In this document: positions 20,314-31,216 of the stretch, one piece after another | Layout: each line of letters begins with the position of its first letter | How positions within the stretch are numbered: position 1 is the stretch's first letter | Assembly: GCA_964521685.1 (NCBI GenBank) | Contig: CAZFTS010000004.1 | Coordinates: 6,516-70,515 of the forward strand | From: an uncultured Muribaculaceae bacterium | GTDB taxonomy: Bacteria; Bacteroidota; Bacteroidia; Bacteroidales; UBA932 | Length of the DNA stretch: 64,000 nt | Direction: 5' to 3' | Notes under the pieces: generated by a model | What the model saw: the letters and a program-made list of their open reading frames with translations, nothing else | Databases searched by the model: none | What the model was told of the DNA's origin: nothing | Made by a program: the position numbers and the translations under genes

Positions 20314-21090
20314 ATGAAGGTTTTTGAAATAATTAATGCAATTGAGGATTTTGCACCGGGAGAGCTTCAGGAGAGCTGGGATAATTCTGGTTTGATAATT
20401 GGTGATGCTGTCCGGGAGATTCAGTCTGTTTTGCTTGCTCTTGACTGTACACCTGAGCTCATTTCTGAAGCAATAGAGAGCGGAGCCGGTATGATTATTA
20501 CACACCATCCGCTTATATTTAAGGGGATTAAAAGAATAGGCACAAATACCGTTCAGGAGAGGATGATCTCTTCCCTTATTAAAAACGATATCGTACTCTA
20601 TTCAATGCATACGAACATTGATAAGGTACCAGAAGGAGTCAGCTATCTGATGGCAAAGAAGCTGGGATTGAGTAATCTCTCCATATTATTACCTGATAGC
20701 AGCGGTGAAAACGGGCTGGGTTTAGCCGGGGATCTGGAAAGGGATATGGAATTTTCAGAATTGACAGACCACTTGAAAAGGCTCTTTCCGGTGAAAACCT
20801 TGAGATTCTCAAAACCATTGAAGGGGAGTATCAGAAGAGTGGCGGTATGCGGAGGCAGCGGGGGGTCGATGATACAGGATGCAATAAAGGCTGGCGCTTC
20901 TGTTTATATTACCGGAGATCTCTCTTACCACAATTTTTTCTGCGAAGATGGATTTATGATAATTGATATTGGCCACTATGAGAGTGAAATAGATGTGCTG
21001 GAGCTGCTCATGTCTGTTATTTTGAAAAAAATACCTAACTTCGCAGTTCGTATTGCAAGAAATAATAATAATCCCATATACTACCAATAA
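20314..21090 (+). CDS. Nif3-like dinuclear metal centre protein (YbgI family)
   Basis: WDNSGL, ITHHPLIF, HTNID, GGSG and GHYESE. Confidence 0.92.
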   Translation: MKVFEIINAIEDFAPGELQESWDNSGLIIGDAVREIQSVLLALDCTPELISEAIESGAGMIITHHPLIFKGIKRIGTNTVQERMISSLIKNDIVLYSMHTNIDKVPEGVSYLMAKKLGLSNLSILLPDSSGENGLGLAGDLERDMEFSELTDHLKRLFPVKTLRFSKPLKGSIRRVAVCGGSGGSMIQDAIKAGASVYITGDLSYHNFFCEDGFMIIDIGHYESEIDVLELLMSVILKKIPNFAVRIARNNNNPIYYQ

Positions 21091-21095
21091 AGAAT

Positions 21096-21911
21096 ATGTG
21101 TGCAGCTAAAACAAAAGCAATGATAGATACTCCACTGGATGGCGGAACATTTATCTCATTACAAAAAAGCTCAGTAGAGGGAGATCTGAGCATGGAATCC
21201 AAACTTTTTCTGCTTTATAAACTTCAGCAAACTGATTCAAAGATAGATAAAATACACCTTCTCAGAGGGGAACTTCCATTGGAGGTTCAGGATCTGGAAG
21301 ATGATATTCTGGGTCTTAAGACCAGGGTTGAGAATCTGCAACAGGAGATTAAAGAGATAGAGAAGGGGATTGCCCAGAAGAAGATTGATCTCGAAAACTC
21401 AAAGACTCTCATTGAGAAGTACACCTCTCAACAGAACAATGTTAAAAATAACAGAGAGTATGATTCGCTTTCCAAAGAGATAGAGTTTCAGGGTCTTGAG
21501 GTTCAGTTATCCGAGAAGAGAATCAAGGAGAACACCCTGAATCTTGCCGATAAGAAGAATACTCTTGCCGAAACTATCAAAGCTCTTGATGAGAGAGGTC
21601 TGGATCTGGAGAATAAAAAGAGGGAGCTTGATTCGATAGTACTTGAGACTTCGAAAGAGGAGGAAGAATTATTGAAATACTCTCAGGAGATTCAGTCTCA
21701 GATTGATGCCAGGTTACTTGCGGCTTACAAGAAGGTTAGATCAAATGCAAGAAACGGTCTGGCTGTTGTTACGGTAAGAAGGGATTCATGCTCGGGATGT
21801 TTCAATAAAATACCGCCTCAAAGGCAGATGGATATTGCATCAAGCAAAAAAATCATTGTTTGCGAGTATTGTGGTAGAATCCTGGTTAGCGGAGAATTTG
21901 AAGCGGAGTAG
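21096..21911 (+). CDS. Coiled-coil protein with C4-type zinc ribbon
   Basis: Long coiled coil followed by CSGC...CEYCGRIL; follows the Nif3 gene. Confidence 0.88.
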   Translation: MCAAKTKAMIDTPLDGGTFISLQKSSVEGDLSMESKLFLLYKLQQTDSKIDKIHLLRGELPLEVQDLEDDILGLKTRVENLQQEIKEIEKGIAQKKIDLENSKTLIEKYTSQQNNVKNNREYDSLSKEIEFQGLEVQLSEKRIKENTLNLADKKNTLAETIKALDERGLDLENKKRELDSIVLETSKEEEELLKYSQEIQSQIDARLLAAYKKVRSNARNGLAVVTVRRDSCSGCFNKIPPQRQMDIASSKKIIVCEYCGRILVSGEFEAE

Positions 21912-23111
21912 ATGAAAACAGCGCCCTATACGTTAAGGGATCTGTTTTTTAAACATATAGCACAAACATCCCCCTCTCCTTTAGGAATTGAGATCCAAAG
22001 GGCAGAGGGGGTCTTCATATATACGCCTGAAGGGAGAAAAATAGTTGATCTTGTTTCGGGAGTGTGTGTTTCAAATACAGGTCACGGGAACAAGGAGATT
22101 ATCGATGCCATTGTCATGCAGGCAGAGAGCCATCTCCATCTTATGGTTTATGGTGAGATTATTCAGCCTCCCCAGGTTGAACATGCCGCTTTACTTACAT
22201 CGTTGCTTGACCCATCTCTCAACTCGGTCTATTATGTGAATTCGGGCAGCGAAGCAAATGAGGCTGCTCTTAAGCTGGCAAAAAGGGTGACGGGGAGGAG
22301 GGAGATGATTTCGTTCAAAGGGAGTTATCACGGAAGTACCCACGGAGCATTGAGCATGATGGGTGATGAGGAGTTTAAAAATTCATTCAGGCCACTTTTG
22401 CCGGGGGTGAGGCAAATCAGATTCAACTCATTTGAAGATCTCAATCTTATAACTGAAAGAACTGCATGTATCCTTGCCGAACCTGTAATGGCAGAGGCAG
22501 GCGTAATATCTCCTCAATCTGACTATCTTAAAGCATTGAGAGAGAGATGCACACAAACCGGGACGCTGCTTATTCTGGACGAAGTTCAGACCGGATTCGG
22601 CAGAACCGGTTCCCTTTTCTCACATCAGAAATATGGAATTGTTCCGGATATTATGACACTTGCAAAGGCGCTTGGGGGCGGAATGCCTCTGGGTGCATTG
22701 GTTGCCGGAGCAAATCTGACCAACGCTTTCACTTCGGATCCCGTGCTTGGTCATATAACCACTTTCGGAGGTCATCCGGTCTGTTGTGCCGCAGCTCTTG
22801 CATCTTTGAAATTCCTTTTAAAAGAGAATCTGCCTGGTCAGGTTAATGAAAAGAGTGCTATATTTGTAAATGGGCTCGCAGGGCATCCACTGGTAAAAGA
22901 AGTAAGAGCAGAGGGCCTTTTGATTGCCGTTGATCTTAAAAACGAGGAGTATGCAGGGAGAATCCTCTCTCTCTTGCTTGAAGAGGGGGTTATGAGTGAT
23001 TGGTTTTTATTTTATCCGACGGCTTTCAGAATTGCACCACCGCTTACAATAACCATCGAGGAGGTTTATTATGCCCTTGAAAGAGTTGTAAAGGCACTTA
23101 ACAGATTATAA
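21912..23111 (+). CDS. Class III PLP aminotransferase (acetylornithine aminotransferase-like)
   Basis: NSGSEANE, YHGST, DEVQTGFGRTG and LAKALGGG. Confidence 0.88.
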   Translation: MKTAPYTLRDLFFKHIAQTSPSPLGIEIQRAEGVFIYTPEGRKIVDLVSGVCVSNTGHGNKEIIDAIVMQAESHLHLMVYGEIIQPPQVEHAALLTSLLDPSLNSVYYVNSGSEANEAALKLAKRVTGRREMISFKGSYHGSTHGALSMMGDEEFKNSFRPLLPGVRQIRFNSFEDLNLITERTACILAEPVMAEAGVISPQSDYLKALRERCTQTGTLLILDEVQTGFGRTGSLFSHQKYGIVPDIMTLAKALGGGMPLGALVAGANLTNAFTSDPVLGHITTFGGHPVCCAAALASLKFLLKENLPGQVNEKSAIFVNGLAGHPLVKEVRAEGLLIAVDLKNEEYAGRILSLLLEEGVMSDWFLFYPTAFRIAPPLTITIEEVYYALERVVKALNRL

Positions 23112-23129
23112 AATAAGCACTTTTTTAAA

Positions 23130-24632
23130 ATGGCAAAAATTTCGGGGAGAGGTAAACCCAGAACGGAACCCAATATTGATGTACTAGGTCTTGAAATGGG
23201 AAAAAGACCACCTCAGGCAGTTGATATTGAGGAGGCAGTTTTGGGAGCATTGATGCTGGAGCCAACCGCAATAACCGATATTATTGATATTATCGGTCCC
23301 GACTGTTTTTACAAAGAGACGAACAAAAAGATCTTCGTTGCAATTTCATCTCTCGCATCGAGACATGCTCCGGTGGATATCTTCACTGTCTCCGAAGAGC
23401 TTAAAGGAAAGGGTGAGCTTGAGGGGATAGGCGGTGTTTCATACCTCAGCCAGTTAAGTATGAGAATAGGTGCGGCAGCCCATATTGACTATCATGCTAA
23501 GATACTGCTTCAGAAATATATACAGAGAGAGCTCATCTCTATTTCATATGGTGTGCAGAAAGAAGCTTTTGACGATGCCGTGTCGGTAGATGAACTACTT
23601 GACGGAACTCAGCAAAAGATCTTTACTCTCGCAGAGAGAAATATGCGCAAAGAGGCTCAGGTGGTGCAGTACGTCATTGGACAGGCAATTGATGACCTTG
23701 AGAAGACACAGATCCGCTCAGATGGTTTAAGCGGTGTGCCATCGGGATATACATCCATTGACAGAGTTACACTCGGATGGCAACCCTCCGATCTGATAAT
23801 TATTGCTGCCAGGCCCTCTATGGGTAAAACAGCCTTTGTGCTTACAATGGCCAGAAATATGACTGTAGAACATAAAGTTCCGGTTGCATTTTTTTCGCTG
23901 GAGATGTCCTCACTCCAACTGGTAAAGAGGTTAATGATAAGTGAAACCGGTCTTGATTCCGATAAAATCAAAGGGGGCAAAAAACTTAAAGACTATGAGT
24001 GGGAGCAGCTTCACACAAGGCTTAAGCAGCTTGTAAAGGCTCCGCTCTACATAGATGATACACCTTCACTTTCTATAAATGAACTGAGATCAAAAGCAAG
24101 AAAACTAGTTTCGATTCACGGGGTTAAGATGATTATTATTGACTACCTGCAACTTATGACAGGGCCTGCAGAGCTTAGAGGGATGAGAGAGCAGGAGGTA
24201 TCTGCAATATCGAGATCCCTTAAAGCTATTGCAAAGGAGTTGAATGTGCCGGTTATTGCTCTTTCGCAGCTGAGCAGAGCCGTTGAAACAAGGGGTGGAA
24301 CAAAACGCCCGCAATTGAGCGACCTCAGGGAGTCGGGTGCAATCGAACAGGATGCCGACCTTGTACTGTTTATCCACAGACAAGATTATTATAGTATCGG
24401 AGATGATAATCCGGCACTTAAAGGTGTGTCTGATATTATAATAGCTAAACACCGTAATGGTGAAGTTAAGGATGTGCAGCTTCGTTTCAGAAGCAACGAG
24501 GTTAAATTTGTCGATATGACTGATGCTGCCCTTGAGAGGGATCCGTTTGCATCTGCTGCCGTTGAGACATATCAGTCCAAAATGAACAAGGAGGAGTTTC
24601 TTTCAAATTCAGATTTTGACAAGGAGTTTTAG
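23130..24632 (+). CDS. dnaB: Replicative DNA helicase
   Basis: AARPSMGKT, IIDYLQLM, ALSQLSR and SDLRESGAIEQDAD. Confidence 0.99.
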   Translation: MAKISGRGKPRTEPNIDVLGLEMGKRPPQAVDIEEAVLGALMLEPTAITDIIDIIGPDCFYKETNKKIFVAISSLASRHAPVDIFTVSEELKGKGELEGIGGVSYLSQLSMRIGAAAHIDYHAKILLQKYIQRELISISYGVQKEAFDDAVSVDELLDGTQQKIFTLAERNMRKEAQVVQYVIGQAIDDLEKTQIRSDGLSGVPSGYTSIDRVTLGWQPSDLIIIAARPSMGKTAFVLTMARNMTVEHKVPVAFFSLEMSSLQLVKRLMISETGLDSDKIKGGKKLKDYEWEQLHTRLKQLVKAPLYIDDTPSLSINELRSKARKLVSIHGVKMIIIDYLQLMTGPAELRGMREQEVSAISRSLKAIAKELNVPVIALSQLSRAVETRGGTKRPQLSDLRESGAIEQDADLVLFIHRQDYYSIGDDNPALKGVSDIIIAKHRNGEVKDVQLRFRSNEVKFVDMTDAALERDPFASAAVETYQSKMNKEEFLSNSDFDKEF

Positions 24633-24635
24633 AGA

Positions 24636-25466
24636 ATGCGTCTTATCACTCTGCTCATATCACTTCTTTTTGCACTACCGGTTACCGGACAGCAGAGAGA
24701 TTGCGCACCTCTCATTACTGTTACGGAAAAGAACCGGGCTTACAAAGAGGGTGAGAAGCTGGTATATGTTATTAAATATACCTGGGGAGTCTTCAGAACA
24801 GATGTAGGTGAGGCTGTTACAAATCTGAACAGGAGTTACGACAGTGTAAACGGAGACCATTTTCACTCATTAATAACAGGATACAGCTATAAGTTTTACG
24901 ATGTCTTTTTCAGAATAAAAGACATATTCGAGTCAAAATTCAACACGACTAACGGACGTCCATTCTATTTTCACAGAGATATTTCGGAAGGGAAATACAG
25001 AATGAAAAATACTTACAGTTTTAATTCTGACTATTCAATCAACGCAAGAGTCAAACGTAAAGATGAACCGGAAAGGGTGATAACACTAAAAGGGAAGGAG
25101 TGTACCTTCGATTTGGTCTCTCTCTTTTATTACTCAAGAAATATAGATTTTGAGAATATACCGCCGGGTGTGGATCAGCCTGTATCGTTTGCAATTGATG
25201 ATGAGATTTTCAATCTTTACTATCGTTATATAGGGAAGGAGCAAAAGAGGGTGCCGGGAATGGGTGTGTACAGAACGTTGAAATTTGCTGCAAGGGTGGT
25301 GGCCGGAGAGGTTTTTGACGGTAAGGAGGAGTTGACTATCTGGGTAAGCGACGATGAGAATAAGGTTCCCTTGTATTTTGAGACGCCTATTATTGTCGGA
25401 AGGGTCTCCGGAAGATTGTCTCACTTTGAGAATCTGAAATTTCCATTAAGAAGTAAAATAAAATAA
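24636..25466 (+). CDS. Exported protein, DUF3108-like
   Basis: Signal peptide, GEKLVY..Y.WG and C-terminal IWVSDDENKVP. Confidence 0.65.
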   Translation: MRLITLLISLLFALPVTGQQRDCAPLITVTEKNRAYKEGEKLVYVIKYTWGVFRTDVGEAVTNLNRSYDSVNGDHFHSLITGYSYKFYDVFFRIKDIFESKFNTTNGRPFYFHRDISEGKYRMKNTYSFNSDYSINARVKRKDEPERVITLKGKECTFDLVSLFYYSRNIDFENIPPGVDQPVSFAIDDEIFNLYYRYIGKEQKRVPGMGVYRTLKFAARVVAGEVFDGKEELTIWVSDDENKVPLYFETPIIVGRVSGRLSHFENLKFPLRSKIK

Positions 25467-25491
25467 AACATACATATAACAATTATTGGCG

Positions 25492-25923
25492 ATGGGAAAG
25501 GGTGATATTATTAATCATGAGGGAGTTGTGAAAAAAATTGAAGATGGATTCATAACAGTCGGGATTTTAAACAAATCGGCCTGTTCTGCCTGCCACGCCA
25601 AGGGTGTATGCACCCTGGGTGATGAAAAAATAAAGGAGGTTGAGATCGAATACTCCGGATTTGATATCTATGAAACAGGGGAGCTGGTCAATGTGGTAAT
25701 GAAAAAGAGTATGGGATTTAAGGCTCTTTGGATATCTTATCTTACACCCCTTATAATTCTTTTGGTTTTATTAGTATCTTTGTCAGCCTTTAATGTCCCG
25801 GAATTAATTACAGGGTTAACAATAATCGCAGCTATATCTCTCTATTATTTTATTATTTGGATGTTAAGAGATAAACTAAAGAGAGAATTTGTTTTTACTA
25901 TTGAAAAACTTCAAATACAATGA
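25492..25923 (+). CDS. rseC: RseC/MucC family protein
   Basis: H.GVV, SACSACHAKGVC, two TM helices; precedes rnfB. Confidence 0.85.
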   Translation: MGKGDIINHEGVVKKIEDGFITVGILNKSACSACHAKGVCTLGDEKIKEVEIEYSGFDIYETGELVNVVMKKSMGFKALWISYLTPLIILLVLLVSLSAFNVPELITGLTIIAAISLYYFIIWMLRDKLKREFVFTIEKLQIQ

Positions 25924-26780
25924 CAACTACAATTATTTTTACAATTGTAAGCCTCACACTCCTTGGCCTTTTGCTGGCCCTGGTTCTCTATCTGGTTGCT
26001 CAGAAATTCAAAGTTGAAGAGGATCCCCGGATTGACGATGTCGAAGCAATTTTACCCGGAGCAAACTGCGGGGGTTGCGGTTTTGCAGGATGCAGAGCCT
26101 TCGCAGAAGGTTGTGTCAAGGCAGATTCTCTGGAGAGTCTGTACTGTCCTGTAGGGGGGAATGAGGTAATGAAAAATGTTGCCTCCTACCTCGGAATGGT
26201 GGTTGCCGAAAAGGTTCCTCAGATTGCTGTTGTAAGGTGTAACGGAAATTGCGACGTAAGGGATAAAACCGGATATTATGACGGATTCTCTTCATGTGCA
26301 GTAATGTCCAACCTCTATTCGGGAGATACAGGCTGCAGTTACGGATGTCTCGGACATGGTGATTGCGTGGCGGCCTGTACATTTGACGCAATAAGAATGG
26401 ATCCGAGGACCGGTTTGCCGGAAGTTGACGAGGAAAAGTGCACAGCTTGCGGAGCCTGTGTTAAGGCATGCCCTAAATTTATAATTGAGCTCAGAAATAA
26501 AGGGCCTAAAAACAGGAGGATCTTTGTTTCATGCATAAACAAAGATAAGGGAGGGGTGGCTAAAAAGTCCTGTGCCGTTGCGTGTATCGGATGTTTTAAG
26601 TGTCAGAAAGTGTGTGCATTTGATGCTATAACAATTGCCAGCAATCTGGCATACATAGATTACAACAAGTGCAAACTTTGCAGAAAGTGTGTAACTGAAT
26701 GTCCTACCCACTCAATATGGGAGGTAAACTTCCCTGTAAGGGTTCCGAAAAAAGAAGAGACCGTCATTGTTGAACAATAA
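25920..26780 (+). CDS. rnfB: Rnf complex subunit B
   Basis: N-terminal TM, LPGANCGGCGFAGC, multiple CxxCxxCxxxCP motifs. Confidence 0.95.
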   Translation: MTTTIIFTIVSLTLLGLLLALVLYLVAQKFKVEEDPRIDDVEAILPGANCGGCGFAGCRAFAEGCVKADSLESLYCPVGGNEVMKNVASYLGMVVAEKVPQIAVVRCNGNCDVRDKTGYYDGFSSCAVMSNLYSGDTGCSYGCLGHGDCVAACTFDAIRMDPRTGLPEVDEEKCTACGACVKACPKFIIELRNKGPKNRRIFVSCINKDKGGVAKKSCAVACIGCFKCQKVCAFDAITIASNLAYIDYNKCKLCRKCVTECPTHSIWEVNFPVRVPKKEETVIVEQ

Positions 26781-26791
26781 AAACATTATAT

Positions 26792-28129
26792 ATGAGCAGA
26801 ACATTTTCCATTGGAGGTGTGCATCCCAATGATCAAAAAATTTCCGCTAAAGCTTCAATAGAAGATTTTCCCCTGATGGAGACTGCATACATTTCCGTAT
26901 CGCAGCATCTGGGAGCCCCGGCCGAACCAATAGTTACAAAGGGTGACAAAGTTAAGACCGGGCAATTGATTGCAAAGGCAAATGGCTTTATATCTGCAAA
27001 TATTCACTCCTCTGTTTCCGGAACGGTGAACTCTGTTGAGCTGCTTCCTGATCTTGCTGGCAATATGGTTCAACATATTGTGGTCAAGGTTGAGGGTGAT
27101 GAGTGGGAAGAGGGGATTGACAGATCTCCCGAAATTGTCAGAGATATAACTATGGATGGCAAGCAGATTATCGAGAGGATTGCTGCCTGTGGAATCGTAG
27201 GTTTGGGCGGGGCTGCCTTTCCAACCCATATAAAACTCTCTCCTCCGCCAAACAAAAAAGCGGAGTATCTCATGATTAACGGCGCCGAATGCGAACCCTA
27301 CCTGACATCTGACTACCGCGTAATGGTTGAGCTGCCCGAGCAGATTCTTATTGGGACAAAGATCATGATGAAGGCTCTCAATGTAAAAAAGGCATACTTT
27401 GGTGTCGAAGAGAATAAACCTCTTGCTATTAAGAAGTTAAAAGAGGTTGCTTCGAAAGGTTATAAAGAGATTAAAATTGTATCGTTAAAAAAGAGATATC
27501 CTCAGGGAGGTGAAAAACAGCTTATAGATGCAATTCTTAAAAGAAGGGTACCATCACTTGGGTTGCCTATTGATACCGGTGTTGTAGTTCATAATGTGGG
27601 TACTGCACTTGCCGTTTATGAGGCTGTTCAGAAAAATAAACCTCTTATTGACGGGATTGTTACCGTTACGGGCAAATGCATGACCGAACAGAGAAACTTC
27701 AAACTTCGTGTCGGTACCAGCTTCGAAACGATAATGTATGCAATCGGAGGTTTTCCCAAGGATGCGGTTAAGCTTGTAAATGGCGGGCCAATGATGGGTA
27801 AGGCGGTCTCAAAAATTGAGGCGGCTTCCGTGAAGAGTACATCTGCACTTTTGCTTTTAACTGAAGATGAGACAAGAAGAGGAAAAGAGGGAAATTGCAT
27901 CCGCTGTGCGAAATGCGTAGATGCCTGTCCTATGGGACTTGAGCCTTATCTTCTGAACAGGCTATCAAGAGCTTCAAGGCTTGAAGATCTGGAGTTGAAT
28001 ATGGTTCATGATTGTATTGAATGCGGATGTTGTATGTACACATGTCCTGCAAATATTCCATTGCTGGACACAATACGTTTGTCGAAAAACCAGGTGTTAA
28101 AAATATTAAGAAGCCGTCCTAAAAAGTAA
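26792..28129 (+). CDS. rnfC: Rnf complex subunit C
   Basis: GIVGLGGAAFPT, NGAECEPYLTSD, YPQGGEKQL, GGPMMG and two ferredoxin motifs. Confidence 0.97.
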   Translation: MSRTFSIGGVHPNDQKISAKASIEDFPLMETAYISVSQHLGAPAEPIVTKGDKVKTGQLIAKANGFISANIHSSVSGTVNSVELLPDLAGNMVQHIVVKVEGDEWEEGIDRSPEIVRDITMDGKQIIERIAACGIVGLGGAAFPTHIKLSPPPNKKAEYLMINGAECEPYLTSDYRVMVELPEQILIGTKIMMKALNVKKAYFGVEENKPLAIKKLKEVASKGYKEIKIVSLKKRYPQGGEKQLIDAILKRRVPSLGLPIDTGVVVHNVGTALAVYEAVQKNKPLIDGIVTVTGKCMTEQRNFKLRVGTSFETIMYAIGGFPKDAVKLVNGGPMMGKAVSKIEAASVKSTSALLLLTEDETRRGKEGNCIRCAKCVDACPMGLEPYLLNRLSRASRLEDLELNMVHDCIECGCCMYTCPANIPLLDTIRLSKNQVLKILRSRPKK

Positions 28130-28139
28130 CAGAAAACTT

Positions 28140-29141
28140 ATGAAAAAACTTTTAGTATCACCTGCACCTCATATTCATGGGAGTGAGAGCACGAGAAGCC
28201 TCATGAGAGACGTAATAATTGCACTTTCGCCCTCGTTGCTTGTCTCAATCTACTTCTTTGGATTCTCTGCCATAAAATTGGCTTTTGTTGGTGCAATAAC
28301 TTGTGTTCTTGTAGAATACGCAATTCAAAAATATATTATCAGGGAGAAACCATCGGTAAAGGACTACTCTGCAGCACTTACCGGATTGCTTCTTGCCCTT
28401 AATCTCCCTCCTAACTCGCCGTGGTGGATTGTCTTTATAGGCTCACTTGTAGCAATCGGTGTTGCGAAGATGAGCTTTGGCGGGCTTGGGCAAAACCTCT
28501 TTAATCCAGCTTTGGTCGGACGTGTCTTTTTGCTGGTTTCGTTTCCGGTGATAATGACAGACTGGACAACACCGGAATCCTGGTTCAGAGAAGGGATTGA
28601 CTCAAACACAGGCGCTACGGCTCTCTCAATTGTGAAAGAGGGGCTTGGTAAAGGGATGACAATGGATCAGATTTTTGCCGAACATAACTTCTCTTATGCA
28701 CAGATGCTTTTCAGTAAAATAGGCGGTTCCGTAGGTGAGGTATCGGCATTTGCTCTTCTGCTTGGATTTGGTTATCTGCTTATAAGAAGAGTTATCAGAC
28801 CTCATATTCCGCTTTCGGTAATAGGAAGTGTCGTTATCTTTTCAGGAATCTTCTGGCTCATAGATCCTGATCATAATCCTGACCCTATCTTCACAATTCT
28901 TACAGGAGGTATACTTATAGGTTCAATATTTATGGCTACCGATTATGTTACATCCCCGATGAGCACAAAAGGAATGATAATCTTTGGTGCCGGAATCGGG
29001 ATACTCACGGTACTCATCAGAAATTTCGGGGCTTACCCTGAGGGGATCTCATTTGCAATACTTATAATGAATGCGACAGTCCCGTTGTTGAATAACTTTT
29101 TCAAACCTGACAGATTCGGGAAGGAGGTAAAAAATGGCTAA
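28140..29141 (+). CDS. rnfD: Rnf complex subunit D
   Basis: FGGLGQNLFNPALVGR, TGAT flavinylation motif, FMATDYVTSP. Confidence 0.96.
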   Translation: MKKLLVSPAPHIHGSESTRSLMRDVIIALSPSLLVSIYFFGFSAIKLAFVGAITCVLVEYAIQKYIIREKPSVKDYSAALTGLLLALNLPPNSPWWIVFIGSLVAIGVAKMSFGGLGQNLFNPALVGRVFLLVSFPVIMTDWTTPESWFREGIDSNTGATALSIVKEGLGKGMTMDQIFAEHNFSYAQMLFSKIGGSVGEVSAFALLLGFGYLLIRRVIRPHIPLSVIGSVVIFSGIFWLIDPDHNPDPIFTILTGGILIGSIFMATDYVTSPMSTKGMIIFGAGIGILTVLIRNFGAYPEGISFAILIMNATVPLLNNFFKPDRFGKEVKNG

Positions 29142-29730
29142 AGAGTCTTCACTTAAAAATATGGTTATAACTCTATCTGCAATAACCTTAATTTCTTCGG
29201 CGTTGTTAGGTGGTGTATATGCTGTGACAAAAGGCCCGATTGATGCTGCACTTACTGCTAAAACAAACAGTGCAATTGCAAGTGTGGCGCCTAAGTTTGA
29301 TAATGATCCTTCATCTGAAGTTCAGACAGTAGAGTATGCGGGGAAATCCTATAAAGCCTATCCTGCTAAAAGCGGGGGTGAGATTGCCGGTTACGCTATA
29401 GAGAGCTACTCATCGGGATTTGGTGGAAGAATCTCGTTAATGGTAGGTTTTAATATAAACGGAACTATAAACTCAATTTCGGTGCTCGGACATACCGAAA
29501 CTCCGGGTCTGGGAGATAAGATTGAACCTAAAAAGAGCGATTTCGGGGTTCAGTTCCAGGGTAAAAATCCTGAGGAGTTCAGAATGATTGTAAAAAAAGA
29601 TGGCGGAGATGTAGATGCAATAACTGCATCAACAATTACATCCAGAGCCTATTGTGAAGCTGTGAACACAGCCTGGGAGGTCTTTAAATTGTGTGCCGGA
29701 AAGCAAAATAAGGAGGTGAATAATGAGTAA
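29134..29730 (+). CDS. rnfG: Rnf complex subunit G
   Basis: HTETPGLG and VDAITASTITS. Confidence 0.95.
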   Translation: MAKESSLKNMVITLSAITLISSALLGGVYAVTKGPIDAALTAKTNSAIASVAPKFDNDPSSEVQTVEYAGKSYKAYPAKSGGEIAGYAIESYSSGFGGRISLMVGFNINGTINSISVLGHTETPGLGDKIEPKKSDFGVQFQGKNPEEFRMIVKKDGGDVDAITASTITSRAYCEAVNTAWEVFKLCAGKQNKEVNNE

Positions 29731-30310
29731 GCTAAAACTAATAACCAAGGGTATTTTTAAAGAGAACCCGATATTTGTACTGATGCTTGGAATGTGTCCT
29801 ACACTAGGTACTACAACATCAGCAATAAATGGTATGGGAATGGGTCTGGCAACCACATTTGTTCTTATCATGTCCAATATGGCAATTTCATCAATCTCCG
29901 GATTCATACCGAATAAAGTCAGAATTCCTTCTTACATTGTTGTAATAGCTGCTTTTGTTACAATACTTCAGCTTCTGATGCAGGCCTACACCCCGGGTTT
30001 ATATGCGACACTAGGTCTTTTTATCCCCCTTATTGTAGTAAACTGCATTGTTTTAGGAAGGGCAGAGGCATTTGCCTCAAAAAACGGAGTTCTTGATTCT
30101 GCTCTTGACGGAATAGGAATCGGCATAGGTTTTACTATGGCTCTTACTGTCCTGGGTGCTGTTAGAGAGCTCCTTGGAAGCGCATCTGTTTTTGGCATTA
30201 AACTAATTAATGCCGATGGTATGCTGGTTTTTGTTCTTGCTCCGGGAGCATTTATAGCCTTAGGCTATCTGCTCGTTATTTTCAATAAATATAAATCTAA
30301 GATCTCTTAA
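29723..30310 (+). CDS. rnfE: Rnf complex subunit E
   Basis: LGMCPTL and [18 protein letters not shown]. Confidence 0.96.
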   Translation: MSKLKLITKGIFKENPIFVLMLGMCPTLGTTTSAINGMGMGLATTFVLIMSNMAISSISGFIPNKVRIPSYIVVIAAFVTILQLLMQAYTPGLYATLGLFIPLIVVNCIVLGRAEAFASKNGVLDSALDGIGIGIGFTMALTVLGAVRELLGSASVFGIKLINADGMLVFVLAPGAFIALGYLLVIFNKYKSKIS

Positions 30311-30321
30311 CAGAAATTACC

Positions 30322-30921
30322 ATGGAATATATTCTTATAATTATATCGGCAGTTTTTGTAAACAACATCCTGTTGTCTCAATTCCTGGGGGTTTGTCCTT
30401 TTCTGGGAGTTTCCAATAAAGTAAGTACAGCCGCAGGTATGTCGGGTGCTGTTACCTTTGTTATGGCAGTAGCAACTCTTGTGACATATATCCTTCAGTA
30501 CTATGTGCTGGTTCCGCTGGGCATTGAGTTTATGCAAACTGTAACTTTCATTGTGGTTATCGCCTCTCTTGTTCAGATGGTTGAGATTATCATGAAAAAG
30601 CTGAGCCCGTCGCTGTATCAGGCACTTGGTATCTTTTTACCATTGATCACAACCAACTGTGCGGTTCTTGGAGTTGCAATCCTCGTTGTTTCGAAGGAGT
30701 TTACATTCGGAGGAGATCCGCATATGTTAAATATGGCACAATCTGTTGTTTTCGCCACTGCAAATGCACTGGGATTCGGGCTTGCAATGATACTTTTTGC
30801 AGGTATCCGTGAACAACTTGAGCTTAACAATGTTCCTAAAGCATTAAAGGGTGCTCCTATAGCACTTATTACGGCTGGTATTCTTGCTCTTGCCTTTATG
30901 GGATTTGCAGGACTTGTTTAA
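30322..30921 (+). CDS. rnfA: Rnf complex subunit A
   Basis: [11 protein letters not shown] and [12 protein letters not shown]. Confidence 0.96.
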   Translation: MEYILIIISAVFVNNILLSQFLGVCPFLGVSNKVSTAAGMSGAVTFVMAVATLVTYILQYYVLVPLGIEFMQTVTFIVVIASLVQMVEIIMKKLSPSLYQALGIFLPLITTNCAVLGVAILVVSKEFTFGGDPHMLNMAQSVVFATANALGFGLAMILFAGIREQLELNNVPKALKGAPIALITAGILALAFMGFAGLV

Positions 30922-30936
30922 TATAAACTTTTTGGA

Positions 30937-31212
30937 ATGGTTAAAACTTTAAAGGAAATTGAGCAGATTTTAAGAGAAGAGGGTGTTGCAAAAGCACATG
31001 AAGAACTTGAAAAATTCCTTCAAAAGGAGCCTGATAATTCTCAGGGGTGGTATCTTTTAGGGGGGATATACAGAAGAGAGCAGCAGTGGGGAGAGGCAAT
31101 CAACGCTCTTAACCGTGCAAAGTTCCTTGACCCGGCAGGCCCTGCAGCTCATGCAATTGAACATATTTATGAGATTCTGAGTTTCCAGAATACCGATCTG
31201 ATGAACCCTTGA
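30937..31212 (+). CDS. Small tetratricopeptide-repeat protein
   Basis: PDNSQGWYLLGGIY...EAINALNRA..LDP, a TPR-like helix pair. Confidence 0.75.
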   Translation: MVKTLKEIEQILREEGVAKAHEELEKFLQKEPDNSQGWYLLGGIYRREQQWGEAINALNRAKFLDPAGPAAHAIEHIYEILSFQNTDLMNP

Positions 31213-31216
31213 GTCT

